NCBI GenBank assembly: GCA_021647245.1
Contig: JAKIVC010000002.1
Span: 64,184-128,183, forward strand
Length of the DNA: 64,000 bases
Source: Gammaproteobacteria bacterium
GTDB taxonomy: Bacteria; Pseudomonadota; Gammaproteobacteria; RBG-16-57-12
Reading direction: 5' to 3'
In this document: positions 48,026 through 59,267 of the stretch, one piece after another
Position numbering within the stretch: the stretch's first letter is position 1
Layout of the letters: the number at the start of each line of letters is the position of its first letter
Made by a program: the position numbers and the translations under genes
Notes under the pieces: generated by a model
Seen by the model: only the letters and a program-made list of their open reading frames with translations
Database searches by the model: none
What the model was told of the DNA's origin: nothing

Positions 48026-50527
48026 ATGACACTTCCTATCGATGCGGTACTGCCACAGCTACTTGAGCACCTCTCACAGCAGCCCAATGTGGTATTGCAG
48101 GCGGCACCGGGGGCAGGAAAAACCACCCGTGTGCCGCTGGCGCTGATCGGTGAGCCTTGGCTCCGCCAACAGAAAATAATTATGCTGGAACCCCGTCGTC
48201 TAGCGGCGCGCAATGCGGCCATCTATATGGCCTCTCTGCTGGGCGAAAAGGTGGGAGAGACCATTGGTTATCGTACCCGCCTGGATAGCAAAATAGGCGC
48301 AACGACTCGCATTGAGGTGGTTACTGAGGGCATTTTGACGCGGTTGATTCAGCAAGACCCTGAGCTCACTGCTTATGGGTTAGTTATTTTTGATGAGTTT
48401 CATGAGCGTAGCCTGCATGCCGATCTGGGTCTGGCGCTTACTCTGGAGACACAAGCGGCGCTGCGGGATAACCTGAAAATAGTAGTTATGTCGGCCACTC
48501 TGGATGCTGAGCCGGTTGCAAAACTATTGGGCGATGCACCGATTATAACCAGTGAAGGGCGCTGTTACCCGGTAACGATCATCTATGGGCAGCGCCCTGA
48601 GTGGCGACACCTGATTGAGGTGGTGAGTCGAGCCATCCTTAATGCACTCACTGATGAGTCAGGTGACCTGCTGGTATTTCTGCCCGGTGCGGGAGAGATA
48701 CAGCGCGTCAAACAACAGCTCGAAGCGGCTGATCTGGCCACTCATATCACCATATGTCCGCTCTATGGTGATCTCCCCCGTGATGCTCAGGAGAGGGCGA
48801 TCTATCCCAGCACTGAGGGCGAGCGTAAGATTGTGCTCGCGACCTCCATCGCCGAAACTTCGCTCACTATTGAAGGGGTTCGCGTGGTGATTGATGCGGG
48901 TCTACAGCGCCAGCCAAAATTTAACCCGCAAAGTGGTTTGAGCCGCCTAGAGACCACGGCGGTAACGCGGGCCTCTGCAACGCAGCGTAGCGGTCGAGCG
49001 GGTCGTCTGGAGGCGGGTGTCTGCTACCGGCTCTGGAGTAAAGAGCAGCATGCGCGGCTGTTGGCGCATGGTCAGGCGGAGATTATGGAGGCTGACCTGG
49101 CTGGGCTAATGCTGGAGTTGGCACGCTGGGGCGTCAGTTGTCCTAAGCAGTTAAGCTGGCTGGAGGAGCCACCAGCTGCCGCGTGTGACCAAGCCCGGGA
49201 GCTGCTGCAACAGCTGGCCGCATTGGATGAAAAAGGACGTATTAGCCGACACGGCAGCGCAATGGCGCGTCTCGGTATGCACCCGCGCTTGGCACATATG
49301 GTGTTGATGGGTGAGCAGATAGGGCTCGGTAGCCTCGCTTGCGAGGTGGCGGCTCTGCTGGGTGAGCGGGATATTATCAAAGGTAGCTATCGTGATGCTG
49401 ATCTGCGCCAGCGTATTGAATTGCTACACAATAACCCGCGCTCATCGCAACTTAACCGGGGTGCGGTGCAGCGAGTGCAATTGACTGCCCGGCGCTGGCA
49501 GTGGCAACTAAAAACCGGCGAAGTGCAACAGCCCGCTAGCCATTGCGGGTTACTGCTGGCCTTCGCCTATCCCGATCGCATTGCGCAACGTCGAGGGGGC
49601 GTGGAGCCTCGTTATCGGCTGAGTAGCGGCAAAGGGGCTTGCTTTCAGGATCATCAAAGTATGAGTGACGCGCCTTATTTGGTGGTGGCAGAGCTGGGGA
49701 GCGCCGGACGGGAGTCGCATATCTACCTTGCAGCCCCTGTGGCACTCGCTGAGTTGGAGCAGCACCTGCCAGCCAGAATAGAGCCGCACACCTTTGTCGG
49801 TTGGGATAGTCGCAGTGAAAGTGTAGATGCCCGGCAGCAGCGAAAGCTGGGTGCGCTGATCATAGAGGAGCACCGGCTAAAAGAGGTGCCCGCCGCACAG
49901 CTGAGCCAGGGCTTGATCGATGCTGTTCGCCAAAAAGGGTTGCAAATATTGCCTTGGAATAGTGAGGTAGAAAACCTGCGTGCGCGGCTGATGTTGTTAC
50001 ACAACCATCAAACCCGCATGGCAGGTGACGAGGTGTGGCCGGATATGAGCAAACAGGCGCTGCTCGATAATATGGAGAGCTGGCTATCTCCCTATCTACC
50101 GGGGCTAAGCCGGCTTGCCCAGTTACAGAAGCTAAAGCTTAAAGAGATACTGATCAATCAACTCAGCTGGCAACAGCAACAACAGCTCGAGCGCGAAGCC
50201 CCTAGCCATATACAGATACCCAGCGGTTCACGGATTAAAATTGATTACAGCCAGTCGTCGCCAGTACTGGCCGCCCGCCTGCAAGAGCTGTTTGGTATGC
50301 TGGAAACGCCGCAGATTATGGGTGGAAAAATCAGACTCACCATCCACCTGCTCTCGCCAGCACAGCGTCCCATTCAAGTTACCCAGGATCTTGCCAGCTT
50401 CTGGGCCAATACCTACCAAGAGGTTAAAAAGGAGCTTAAGGGGCGCTACCCCAAACACTACTGGCCAGATGACCCCTACCAGGCAGAGGCGACTCGTCGG
50501 GTTCGTCCCCACCGCCCTGCGCGCTGA
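48026..50527 (+). CDS. hrpB: ATP-dependent RNA helicase HrpB (DEAH-box).
   Basis: QAAPGAGKTTRVP Walker A, DEFHER. 833 aa. Confidence 0.9.
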   Translation: MTLPIDAVLPQLLEHLSQQPNVVLQAAPGAGKTTRVPLALIGEPWLRQQKIIMLEPRRLAARNAAIYMASLLGEKVGETIGYRTRLDSKIGATTRIEVVTEGILTRLIQQDPELTAYGLVIFDEFHERSLHADLGLALTLETQAALRDNLKIVVMSATLDAEPVAKLLGDAPIITSEGRCYPVTIIYGQRPEWRHLIEVVSRAILNALTDESGDLLVFLPGAGEIQRVKQQLEAADLATHITICPLYGDLPRDAQERAIYPSTEGERKIVLATSIAETSLTIEGVRVVIDAGLQRQPKFNPQSGLSRLETTAVTRASATQRSGRAGRLEAGVCYRLWSKEQHARLLAHGQAEIMEADLAGLMLELARWGVSCPKQLSWLEEPPAAACDQARELLQQLAALDEKGRISRHGSAMARLGMHPRLAHMVLMGEQIGLGSLACEVAALLGERDIIKGSYRDADLRQRIELLHNNPRSSQLNRGAVQRVQLTARRWQWQLKTGEVQQPASHCGLLLAFAYPDRIAQRRGGVEPRYRLSSGKGACFQDHQSMSDAPYLVVAELGSAGRESHIYLAAPVALAELEQHLPARIEPHTFVGWDSRSESVDARQQRKLGALIIEEHRLKEVPAAQLSQGLIDAVRQKGLQILPWNSEVENLRARLMLLHNHQTRMAGDEVWPDMSKQALLDNMESWLSPYLPGLSRLAQLQKLKLKEILINQLSWQQQQQLEREAPSHIQIPSGSRIKIDYSQSSPVLAARLQELFGMLETPQIMGGKIRLTIHLLSPAQRPIQVTQDLASFWANTYQEVKKELKGRYPKHYWPDDPYQAEATRRVRPHRPAR

Positions 50528-50590
50528 AGAGATTTTTTCAATAAACGGTTAACTCTAGATAGAAGCGCGAGATGATGTGTAAGATACGGG

Positions 50591-50662
50591 TTTCACAGTG
50601 AAACTAAAAATATTAGTCGCACCCGCAGGTTCGGCGGCTATTTTTTGTTTTACTGTGAAATC
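50591..50662 (+). repeat. Composite element: TTTCACAGTGAAAC ... GCACCCGCAGGTTCGGCG ... TTTACTGTGAAATC.
   Basis: Two near-palindromic TTTCAC-N-GTGAAA boxes flank a core that is the reverse complement of the 41524-41540 core (CCGAACCTRCGGGTGC). Confidence 0.5.
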
Positions 50663-50730
50663 AATGACTTGTACAGAATACGTGCTTCTATCTGGGGATT
50701 AGGGGTTAACTCCAAACTGGCACTTAACAG

Positions 50731-51141
50731 ATGTCTGTGTTAAAAAAAGCAACTAACTTTTTAGAGGATAAAATGATGCGTAAATCAATTATTGCAATGG
50801 GTGCCCTGATCGCACTGACACTGGCCAGTGGCTCGGTGTTGGCAGCAGAGAAAAAGAGCGTTGAACAGGTTAATAAAAACAGCCAGGCGTTAAGTGGTCA
50901 GCAGGTTGAGCTGCGCGGTGAAGTAACCAAGGTCAATAACGGTATTATGCGCCGCAACTTCATACACATCAAAGATGGCACGGGTGCGGGTAACAGCGGT
51001 AGCCTGATCGTGACCAGCAAAGATACCGCGCAAGTGGGTCAGACAATAACAGTGGTGGGTACCGTTAAACTGGGTACCGACTTCGGCATGGGCTATACCT
51101 ATCCGCTACTGGTTGAGAATGCCACCATCACTGTCGAGTAA
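50731..51141 (+). CDS. Periplasmic OB-fold protein, YgiW/YdeI (BOF) family-like.
   Basis: Signal peptide (probable start MMRKS at 50773). VELRGEVTKVNNG...IHIKDGTG...TITVVGTV pattern. Confidence 0.45.
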   Translation: MSVLKKATNFLEDKMMRKSIIAMGALIALTLASGSVLAAEKKSVEQVNKNSQALSGQQVELRGEVTKVNNGIMRRNFIHIKDGTGAGNSGSLIVTSKDTAQVGQTITVVGTVKLGTDFGMGYTYPLLVENATITVE

Positions 51142-51155
51142 ACCGCCCTTCCACA

Positions 51156-53240
51156 TTAAACTTCGGCAAATTTAAGCCCCTTTCCAATCCAACGCTGAAT
51201 GAGTGGTTGGATGAGTTGGGGGTAGCGCCGTTGAATCAACTCACTGGCTGCTTCAACCTGTGGTAATAGCTGTTCATCACGTAGTAGGTCGGCGATTTGC
51301 AGGGTTATATCTCCAGTTTGGCGTGTGCCAAGCACGTCACCGGGGCCGCGTATCTCAAGGTCTCGGCGAGCGATGAGGAATCCATCGTTGGTTTCACGCA
51401 TTATGGAGAGGCGGGACTTTGCAAGCCGTGAGAGGGGGCTGTGGTACATCAGTAGGCAGCTGCTGCGGGTGGTACCACGACCTACCCGGCCTCGCAGCTG
51501 GTGTAGCTGCGCGAGACCTAGCCGCTCGGCGTTTTCAATGACCATCAGAGATGCATTGGGCACATCGACCCCCACTTCGATTACAGTGGTGGCCACTAAA
51601 AGGTCGATTTCAGCGCGTTTGAAAGCATCCATTACCTGTTTTTTCTCACTGGGTTTCATGCGCCCATGTACTAGCCCGATCCGCACCCCTGACAATAGGT
51701 TACGCAACTCAATCTCGGCATCCTCGGCCGCTTGACACTGCAATACTTCGGACTCTTCAATGAGCGTGCAGACCCAATAAACCTGTCGTCCGCTCTGGCA
51801 GGCAGAGTAGATGCGTTGAATGACCTCAGGGCGACGACTGTTGGGTACCACTACGGTCTCCACAGGGCTACGCCCGGGGGGTAGTTCATCGATGGTGGAA
51901 CAGTCGAGGTCGGCGAATACCGACATGGCGAGGGTGCGAGGAATTGGTGTGGCAGTCATGATCAGCTGGTGAGGTACCCGATTATCAGCGGCTCCTTTCT
52001 CCTTGAGCGCCAACCGTTGATGGACACCAAAACGGTGCTGTTCATCAATAATAACTAACCCTAAGCGTGCAAACTCAACGCCCTGTTGAAAAAGTGCGTG
52101 AGTACCCACGATCATTTGTGCCTCACCAGATTCTAAGTCTGATAGCACCCCCTGACGCTGTTTTCCCTTTAATTTTCCCGCCAGTAAGGTGACTTGCAGG
52201 TCGAGGGGCGTTAGCCACTCACTAAAGTTGCGGTAGTGCTGCTCTGCCAGTAGCTCGGTGGGTGCCATTAAAACGGCTTGGTGGCCGGCTTCAATTGCGC
52301 TAAGGGCGGCCATCGCTGCGACCACTGTTTTACCCGAGCCGACATCACCCTGCACCAGTCGCTGCATCGGATAGGGTTGGCTTAGATCCTGGTTAATCTC
52401 ACCGATGACACGTTGTTGCGCACCCGTCAGCTGGTAAGGGAGGCGCTGTGTGAATGTTTTTCGGAGTGCACCGTTGCCGTTAAGAGGAGGCCCCCCTTGT
52501 TGTCTGACGTGGCGGTGAAGTTCGCGCAGTGAGAGCTGGTGGGCCAGTAGCTCCTCAAATGCGAGGCGTTGCTGAGCGGGATGAGTCCCCGCTTCTAATT
52601 CGGCTTGTGAAACCTCGGGTGGCGGGTAGTGGATAAACTGTATCGCCTCAGCTGTTGTGGGGTAGTGATGCGCTGATCGCGTCTCGGCGGGGAGCAGTTC
52701 GCTGAGACTCTCCGCACTGTTTTCCAGCAACACCAGTGCCTGTGTAACCAGTTTTCGCAGGGTCGGTTGTTGCAGCCCTTCTGTGGCTGGGTAGATAGGC
52801 GTGAGGGCGTCGTCGAGGGTCTCAGTGAGGCGGTTGCTGTTGATTAATTTTATTTCGGGGTGGATGATTTCAAGCGTTGCTCCGCCCCCACGAATTTCAC
52901 CAAAACAACGCACGCGCTGTCCCTGACTAAGGCGGTTTTGCTGTCCACTATTGAAGTAGAAAAAACGTAGCGTTAACAAGCCGCTGCCATCACTGATGCG
53001 TGATAGAAGCATGCGTCGCCTGCCCATTTTGATCTCGGTGTGTTGAACATCGCCCTCAACCATCACATTGTCGCCAGGGCGTAGCGTGCCGATGGGGGTG
53101 ATGCGGGTACGGTCTTGGTAGCGGGCGGGGAGGTGAAACAGCAGATCACGAACGGAGTGAATACCGAGTTTGGCCAGCTTCGCTTCCATGCGAGGGCCGA
53201 CCCCTTTTAAGAGGGTGGTTGGCTGGCTATCCAGTGCCAT
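51156..53240 (-). CDS. recG: ATP-dependent DNA helicase RecG.
   Basis: Wedge domain, Walker A GDVGSGKT, DEQHRFGV. 694 aa. Confidence 0.92.
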   Translation of the reverse strand: MALDSQPTTLLKGVGPRMEAKLAKLGIHSVRDLLFHLPARYQDRTRITPIGTLRPGDNVMVEGDVQHTEIKMGRRRMLLSRISDGSGLLTLRFFYFNSGQQNRLSQGQRVRCFGEIRGGGATLEIIHPEIKLINSNRLTETLDDALTPIYPATEGLQQPTLRKLVTQALVLLENSAESLSELLPAETRSAHHYPTTAEAIQFIHYPPPEVSQAELEAGTHPAQQRLAFEELLAHQLSLRELHRHVRQQGGPPLNGNGALRKTFTQRLPYQLTGAQQRVIGEINQDLSQPYPMQRLVQGDVGSGKTVVAAMAALSAIEAGHQAVLMAPTELLAEQHYRNFSEWLTPLDLQVTLLAGKLKGKQRQGVLSDLESGEAQMIVGTHALFQQGVEFARLGLVIIDEQHRFGVHQRLALKEKGAADNRVPHQLIMTATPIPRTLAMSVFADLDCSTIDELPPGRSPVETVVVPNSRRPEVIQRIYSACQSGRQVYWVCTLIEESEVLQCQAAEDAEIELRNLLSGVRIGLVHGRMKPSEKKQVMDAFKRAEIDLLVATTVIEVGVDVPNASLMVIENAERLGLAQLHQLRGRVGRGTTRSSCLLMYHSPLSRLAKSRLSIMRETNDGFLIARRDLEIRGPGDVLGTRQTGDITLQIADLLRDEQLLPQVEAASELIQRRYPQLIQPLIQRWIGKGLKFAEV

Positions 53241-53254
53241 GCTGTCTCCTGAAA

Positions 53255-53638
53255 TTAGTTTTGCAGTATGAGTATGCCATCCATTTCCACCTCGGCATCA
53301 CGGGGTAGTTGAGCAACACCAACCGCAGCACGAGCCGGGTAGGGCTGTGTGAAGTACTCTTCCATCACTTCATTAACCGCAGCAAAATTAGCGAGGTCGG
53401 TCAGGAAAATATTGAGTTTGACTACATCGGAAAAGCGCCCGCCCGAGGCTTCGATAACCGCTTGCAGGTTTTTAAATACTTGGTGGATCTGCGCTTTGAT
53501 GTCACCTTCAATCATCTGCATGCTGTCAGGCAGCAGCGGTATCTGGCCTGACAAATAGACCGTATTGCCAACTTTTACCGCTTGAGAATAGGTACCAATT
53601 GCTTTGGGTGCATTGTCGGTGTGGATGATCTGTTTCAT
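53255..53638 (-). CDS. ridA: RidA-family reactive intermediate deaminase.
   Basis: [21 protein letters not shown]...[19 protein letters not shown]. Start at MKQ; the ORF-track start at 53668 is an over-extension. Confidence 0.85.
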   Translation of the reverse strand: MKQIIHTDNAPKAIGTYSQAVKVGNTVYLSGQIPLLPDSMQMIEGDIKAQIHQVFKNLQAVIEASGGRFSDVVKLNIFLTDLANFAAVNEVMEEYFTQPYPARAAVGVAQLPRDAEVEMDGILILQN

Positions 53639-53664
53639 TCTGTTTCTCAGTGTCGTTAATAGGT

Positions 53665-55773
53665 TCACCCACGGGTGCGGGTGATTTTTGCCACATTGGG
53701 TAGTGCGCGCAACTTGCGGATAATCGCGGCCAAGTGGATTCGGCTGCGCACGGTAATGGTGTAGAGGGTGGAGTGATGGGTACCATCATGTTCGGCGGTA
53801 TAGACCTTTTCGATGTTGGACTCCTGCGAGGCAATGGCCGACGCAACCGTCGCCATTACGCCACGGCGATTGAGCGCATCGACGCGAATGCTTACGGCAA
53901 ACTCCCCCTCTACGCTGCTATCCCACTGAACATCCAGGCTCTGTTCCGGGCGGTTGCGGAACTCAGCAGTATTGTTGCAAGATTCGGTGTGAATGACGAT
54001 ACCCCGCCCAATACTGATATGACCACAAATGGGGTCTCCAGGAATGGGGTGACAGCACTTTGCAAAGGTTACCACCATCCCTTCGGTGCCACGGATCGCG
54101 AGTGGCCGGGTGAGTCCATTGGTGTCACCTTCAGGCTGCTGATCCGCAATCAGCTGACGTGCGGTGATAAGGGCAACACGCTGACCCAAGCCAATGTCAA
54201 CCAGTAGGTCGTCAAGCGACTGACACGCTTGCTCCTCCAGGTAACGCTGCACGGATTGTTCGGAAACTTGCTCAATCGAGCTGGAAAAAGCGCCAAGCGT
54301 TTTATTGAGCAGGCGCTTGCCCAGCGCCAGTGCCTCATCATATTGCAGGTTTTTAAGTGCGGAACGAATGCTGGTACGCGCCTTTCCGGTAACGGCAAAA
54401 TCGAGCCACACAGGGTTGGGGTGTGAGTTTTTGGTGGTGATAATCTCTACGGTTTGACCATTTTGTAACCGGGTGCTGAGCGGCACCAGTTTGCGGTCTA
54501 TTTTGGCGGCAACGCAGCGATCACCAACAGCGGTATGTACGGCATAGGCAAAGTCAACGGTGGTGGCACGCCGTGGCAGCTCCATGATCTCCCCTTTGGG
54601 GGTGAAGACATAGACCTCATCCGGAAAGAGGTCGATTTTGACATTTTCAAGGAACTCTAATGAGTCACCCACGCTATTTTGAATATCCAGCAGCTCCCGC
54701 AGCCACTCCTGTGCCCGCACCTGGCTACCCGACTCACTGGCATCCGATTTATAGAGCCAATGGGCGGCAATGCCCGCCTCAGCCACTTCATCCATGCTGG
54801 TGGTTCTGATCTGAATTTCGATGGGCACACCGAACGGGCCAAAAAGAATGGTATGCAGGGATTGGTAGCCATTGGTTTTGGAGATGGCGATATAGTCTTT
54901 GAACTTTCCGGGCACCGGCTTATAAAGATTGTGCATGGTACCGAGAATGCGGTAGCAGCTATCCACACTATCCACCACAATACGAAAAGCATAGACATCC
55001 ATCACTTCAGAGAAGTTGAGATGGTTGCGTTTCATTTTCTGGTAGAGGCTGTAGATGTGTTTTTCGCGGCCAAAAACCTGGCATGGGATGCCCTCCTGAT
55101 CAAGACGCTCCTTAATTGCCGTTTCAATTCTCTGGAGTATCTCCTTGCGGTTTCCCCGTGCGTTGAGTACCGCTTTTTTAAGCACCTTATAGCGGTTTGG
55201 GTAGTAGGCTAAAAAGCCAAGGTCTTCCAGGTTAAGTCGCAACTGGTTCATACCCAGTCGGCTGGCGATAGGTACATAGATTTCGAGGGTTTCACGGGCG
55301 ATACGGCGGCACTTGTCTGGTCGCATGACACCCAGGGTGCTCATGTTGTGTAGGCGATCTGCCAGCTTGATCAGGATAACGCGAATATCCTTGACCATGG
55401 CCAAAATCATTTTACGAAAATTGGCCGCCTGGGCCTCCACTTTGCTTTCAAAGTGGATGTGGGTCAGCTTGGAGACACCATCCACTAGCTCGGCAACTTC
55501 GTTGCCAAACTCAGTTTCTAGTTGTGCCTTATCAACACCGGTATCTTCGATAACATCGTGCAGAATGGCCGCCATGAGCGAGCGATAATCCATGCGCATT
55601 TCGGCAAGAATAGTGGCCACTGCAAGCGGATGGGTAATGTAGGGCTCGCCGCTTTTACGGTATTGCCCTTCATGGGATTCGGCGCTAAACACATAGGCGC
55701 GATAAACCTCGGTGATCTGGTACGGCTCAAGATACTCTTCGAGCTGCTGGCATAATGTGCTGATGCTGGACAT
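53665..55773 (-). CDS. spoT: Bifunctional (p)ppGpp synthetase/hydrolase.
   Basis: HD-domain HDVIEDT, the synthetase domain, and TGS/ACT. 702 aa. rpoZ-spoT-ridA-recG synteny. Confidence 0.92.
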   Translation of the reverse strand: MSSISTLCQQLEEYLEPYQITEVYRAYVFSAESHEGQYRKSGEPYITHPLAVATILAEMRMDYRSLMAAILHDVIEDTGVDKAQLETEFGNEVAELVDGVSKLTHIHFESKVEAQAANFRKMILAMVKDIRVILIKLADRLHNMSTLGVMRPDKCRRIARETLEIYVPIASRLGMNQLRLNLEDLGFLAYYPNRYKVLKKAVLNARGNRKEILQRIETAIKERLDQEGIPCQVFGREKHIYSLYQKMKRNHLNFSEVMDVYAFRIVVDSVDSCYRILGTMHNLYKPVPGKFKDYIAISKTNGYQSLHTILFGPFGVPIEIQIRTTSMDEVAEAGIAAHWLYKSDASESGSQVRAQEWLRELLDIQNSVGDSLEFLENVKIDLFPDEVYVFTPKGEIMELPRRATTVDFAYAVHTAVGDRCVAAKIDRKLVPLSTRLQNGQTVEIITTKNSHPNPVWLDFAVTGKARTSIRSALKNLQYDEALALGKRLLNKTLGAFSSSIEQVSEQSVQRYLEEQACQSLDDLLVDIGLGQRVALITARQLIADQQPEGDTNGLTRPLAIRGTEGMVVTFAKCCHPIPGDPICGHISIGRGIVIHTESCNNTAEFRNRPEQSLDVQWDSSVEGEFAVSIRVDALNRRGVMATVASAIASQESNIEKVYTAEHDGTHHSTLYTITVRSRIHLAAIIRKLRALPNVAKITRTRG

Positions 55774-55797
55774 TGGAGGTAAATATCGAGGCTAAGC

Positions 55798-56061
55798 TTA
55801 AAGTTCTTGCTGTAGCTCTTCGTCACTTACTTTTGACTCGAGGGCATGCTCTTTGGCAATAACCCCTTCGAGCATTTCACGCTGGTCGATTTTACCCGCA
55901 GCAATCTCACGCAGTGCAACCACGGTGGGTTTGTCATTTTCCCACTCAACCAATGGTTCTTTGCCATTGCTGATTTGGCGCGCACGCTTTGCGGCCACTA
56001 ATACTAAATTGAAGCGGTTGTCCACGTGGTCAAGACAATCTTCTACTGTGATGCGAGCCAT
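55798..56061 (-). CDS. rpoZ: RNA polymerase omega subunit.
   Basis: [29 protein letters not shown]. The ORF-track start at 56154 is an over-extension. Confidence 0.88.
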   Translation of the reverse strand: MARITVEDCLDHVDNRFNLVLVAAKRARQISNGKEPLVEWENDKPTVVALREIAAGKIDQREMLEGVIAKEHALESKVSDEELQQEL

Positions 56062-56122
56062 TTGCGTTACCTTGTGTTGTTCGATTGACGAAAAGGAGTC
56101 GATTCTACTTAATTTGTATGTA

Positions 56123-56758
56123 CTATGACAATAAATTGTCCAATAATTGTTCATTGCGCTGTTGTTGGGGCAGCATGCGTAGCCGCTGGCTGAGGATTAC
56201 AGTGCGTAGCTCTGCAAGCGCGGTATTGAAATCATCATTGATAATGAGATAGTCAAACTCACTATAGTGCGTAATCTCGTTAATAGCGTCACGCATACGA
56301 CGTGCAATGATCTCATCGCTATCTTGTCCGCGCCCCTTGAGTCGCTTCTCCAGCGCTTGCCGAGAGGGGGGTAGAATGAAAATTGAGAGGCACTCCGGCA
56401 TCATCTTGCGAACCTGTTGCGCCCCTTGCCAATCTATCTCAAGAATGACATCAACACCCTTATTCTGCTGTTTTGTCACCCAGTCACCACAGGTTCCGTA
56501 GTGGTTATCAAAAACCTGGGCATGTTCCAAAAAGGTGGCTCGGCCAACCATCTCTTGGAAGGTATTGCTGTCGACAAAGTTATAGTGCACCCCGTTGATT
56601 TCACCAGGTCGAGCATCCCGGGTGGTGTGTGAGACGGAGACCTTAATATCATCACAGGACTCAATTAGCGCCTTCACAAGTGAGGTTTTACCCGCACCAG
56701 AGGGTGCTGAAATAACAAAAAGAGTGCCTCGGGCGGTGTTTGGAGTGATATCTGCCAT
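56123..56758 (-). CDS. gmk: Guanylate kinase.
   Basis: [22 protein letters not shown]-loop. 211 aa. Confidence 0.92.
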   Translation of the reverse strand: MADITPNTARGTLFVISAPSGAGKTSLVKALIESCDDIKVSVSHTTRDARPGEINGVHYNFVDSNTFQEMVGRATFLEHAQVFDNHYGTCGDWVTKQQNKGVDVILEIDWQGAQQVRKMMPECLSIFILPPSRQALEKRLKGRGQDSDEIIARRMRDAINEITHYSEFDYLIINDDFNTALAELRTVILSQRLRMLPQQQRNEQLLDNLLS

Positions 56759-56836
56759 AGTGATGTTGTTCTCAATGGTTGCTTGTGTTTGACGCAGCCC
56801 CCGGCTGCTCAGTGCGTGTCCTGCTTCAATGAATAG

Positions 56837-57943
56837 CTAAAACAGCTCAATTTCAGACTCGACAACTTCTGGTGTGGAGACCTTTAAGAGGCCTTGCGCG
56901 ACCAGCTCGGTATGAAAGCAGACGCGGTTTCGGCCATTATCTTTGGCGTAGTAGAGCGCATCATCCGCATGCCCCAAAACAATCGCTGAAATGCCTTGGT
57001 CTGCTATCTCCACGTAGCCAATACTGACGGTGACAGAGCCAATTTGCGGGAAGTCATAGTTTTCCATGGTTGCGCGAAAACGCTCGAGTGCGGCGGCGGC
57101 TCCTTTTTGGCTGGTAGCACGAAGTAGCACCACGAACTCTTCACCACCAAACCGAAATAGTTTGTCGTAGCTGCGAAAAGTGCTTCGCATAATATTGGCC
57201 AGTAGCAGTAATACCTCATCACCGTAGAGGTGGCCATACTGGTCATTTATTTTCTTGAAAAAATCGATATCAATGACCGCTAGCCAGTTACCCACACTCT
57301 CTTCATTGCAATGGCGTCGCTGCGGATGTTGGCTCTCCTCTCTGTCCTGGTCATTGGGGTGCTTCCATTCACCCAGGATGCGTTCAAGGTCGCGGTCAAA
57401 GGTGCGACGATTGAGTAATCCGGTCAAGGTGTCATGTTCACTATCATCGAGCAGGCAGGCGTAGTTACGATAAATCTGGAAATAACCTGTTAGCAGTTTT
57501 TTATGGGTACTTTTTGAGAGACCTTCCCCACAGATAACAAATGAACTAATGATCACGCCCGCACGATTGGTGAGGGGATAAACATAGGTATCCGGCTGCT
57601 CTTTAGTGCTCTCAACAAACACCGGCTCTCTGCTCTCAATACACTGGCTGAGGCCGGTGATTTGGTGTATGAGGAATTGTGAGGAGGGTGTGCAAGGGTC
57701 GTGGAAGGTTAAATTGCCATCTGTTATATCGGTTGTGATAAGACAGCGTTGCTCACCATATTCTGAAATGATTTTATAGAGTGAAATTCTTTTTAATTTT
57801 AATAGCTCAAAGAGTGTGCTCATCAAGCTTGCTTCAAGCAGCTCGCGATCTGCCTGAGTCGTGACATGAGCAATGGACTCTATTATTTTGTCTGCGGTAT
57901 ATTCCGACATGTGACCCTCATCTCTGTTCAGCATGGTGTACAA
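56837..57943 (-). CDS. Diguanylate cyclase (GGDEF) with an N-terminal domain of unknown function.
   Basis: About 180-aa N-terminal region, then the RxxD I-site and GGEEF active site (FRFGGEEFVVLL). The start may be the internal MSEY at 57910, because the listed start overlaps apaH. Confidence 0.75.
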   Translation of the reverse strand: MYTMLNRDEGHMSEYTADKIIESIAHVTTQADRELLEASLMSTLFELLKLKRISLYKIISEYGEQRCLITTDITDGNLTFHDPCTPSSQFLIHQITGLSQCIESREPVFVESTKEQPDTYVYPLTNRAGVIISSFVICGEGLSKSTHKKLLTGYFQIYRNYACLLDDSEHDTLTGLLNRRTFDRDLERILGEWKHPNDQDREESQHPQRRHCNEESVGNWLAVIDIDFFKKINDQYGHLYGDEVLLLLANIMRSTFRSYDKLFRFGGEEFVVLLRATSQKGAAAALERFRATMENYDFPQIGSVTVSIGYVEIADQGISAIVLGHADDALYYAKDNGRNRVCFHTELVAQGLLKVSTPEVVESEIELF

Positions 57944-58740
57944 GGCAGGCTAAAGAGTGCCCGATCTTCAATACGCAGTGCTGTCAGGCTTCCGCCCCAT
58001 AAGCAGCCGCTATCCAATGAAATAACATTACTACCCTGATGTATGCCCAGCGTTGACCAGTGCCCAAATAGGATCGTGAACTCGCGGCTGTTTCGTGCCG
58101 GGTGCTCAAACCAGGGTAGGGCTCCGGTGGGTTGTGTGCCGGGGGCTCCTTTGGGTTTCATGAGGTAGTGCCCCTCGTTATCACAATAACGCAGCCGGGT
58201 GAATGTGTTAGCGATAAAGCGCAATCGATCCCATCCCGTCAGCTTTTCAGACCACTTATCGGGCCGGTTGCCATACATGTTATCAAAAAAAAGCTTATAC
58301 CGGTCACTCTTTATCATGTTGCTCAGTTCATCCGCGCAGCTTAGAGTGGTGGCCAAGTCCCATTGCGGGCAAACACCCGCATGTACCATAAGGGTATTAT
58401 ATTTTTGATTGTAGTGCGCGACGGGTTTTTTTCTGAGCCACTTCATCAATTTTTTACAATCATCTGCTTGAAAAATGGGGTAGAGAGAATTATCTGGATC
58501 AGGGGTTGTACCCTGATAATAGCGCGCCAGCAGATGAAGGTCGTGGTTGCCCAACACGGTGATGGCACGCTTCCCTAAGGCACGTACGTAACGCAGCACT
58601 TCAAGGGATTTCGGTCCTCGGTTAACAAGGTCTCCACAGAACCATAGGGTGTCCTGGCTCTGATCAAACTTGATTAGCGCCAACAGCGCCTGAAGCTCAT
58701 CAAAACAGCCTTGTATGTCGCCGATTGCGTAGGTTGCCAT
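57928..58740 (-). CDS. apaH: Bis(5'-nucleosyl)-tetraphosphatase, symmetrical.
   Basis: MATYAIGDIQGCFDELQALL...GDLVNRGP...GNHD metallophosphatase motifs. Confidence 0.9.
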   Translation of the reverse strand: MATYAIGDIQGCFDELQALLALIKFDQSQDTLWFCGDLVNRGPKSLEVLRYVRALGKRAITVLGNHDLHLLARYYQGTTPDPDNSLYPIFQADDCKKLMKWLRKKPVAHYNQKYNTLMVHAGVCPQWDLATTLSCADELSNMIKSDRYKLFFDNMYGNRPDKWSEKLTGWDRLRFIANTFTRLRYCDNEGHYLMKPKGAPGTQPTGALPWFEHPARNSREFTILFGHWSTLGIHQGSNVISLDSGCLWGGSLTALRIEDRALFSLPCTPC

Positions 58741-58789
58741 AATTTAATTCAAAACTATCCGAAAATGTAGTATCTCGACTAGTTTAACG

Positions 58790-59230
58790 CTATTTTGCCT
58801 GTAACCAAAAGGTAACCGGGCCATTGTTGGTCAGTGAGACCTGCATATCCGCCGCAAATTCTCCTGCTGCAACGTCTGGGTGTTGTTGCTGAGCTTGCTG
58901 TACAAAGTAGTGGTAGAGGCGTGCCCCTTGATCGGCTGCGGCTGCGGGCGTGAGGCTGGGTCGAGTTCCCTTGCGGGTATCTGCGGGCAGGGTGAATTGC
59001 GGCACCAGCAATAGACCGCCATTGACCTGTTGCAGGCTAAGGTTCATTTTCTTTTCGTCATCCTCAAATACTCGGTAACTGAGCAGGCGTTGCAGTAGTC
59101 GGTCTGCGCTACTTTCATGATCGCCTCTCTCAATGCCGAGTAGCACCAGCAGGCCGTGCTCTATTTGCCCAACCACCTCACTATTAACCTCTACTTTTGC
59201 GTAGCTAACACGCTGTAATAGCCCAATCAT
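58790..59230 (-). CDS. dtd: D-aminoacyl-tRNA deacylase.
   Basis: MIGLLQRVSYAKVEV...SNNGPVTFWL. 146 aa. Confidence 0.9.
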   Translation of the reverse strand: MIGLLQRVSYAKVEVNSEVVGQIEHGLLVLLGIERGDHESSADRLLQRLLSYRVFEDDEKKMNLSLQQVNGGLLLVPQFTLPADTRKGTRPSLTPAAAADQGARLYHYFVQQAQQQHPDVAAGEFAADMQVSLTNNGPVTFWLQAK

Positions 59231-59267
59231 GGTTATTTATCCTTGGATTATTGGCGATGTGCAGGCA

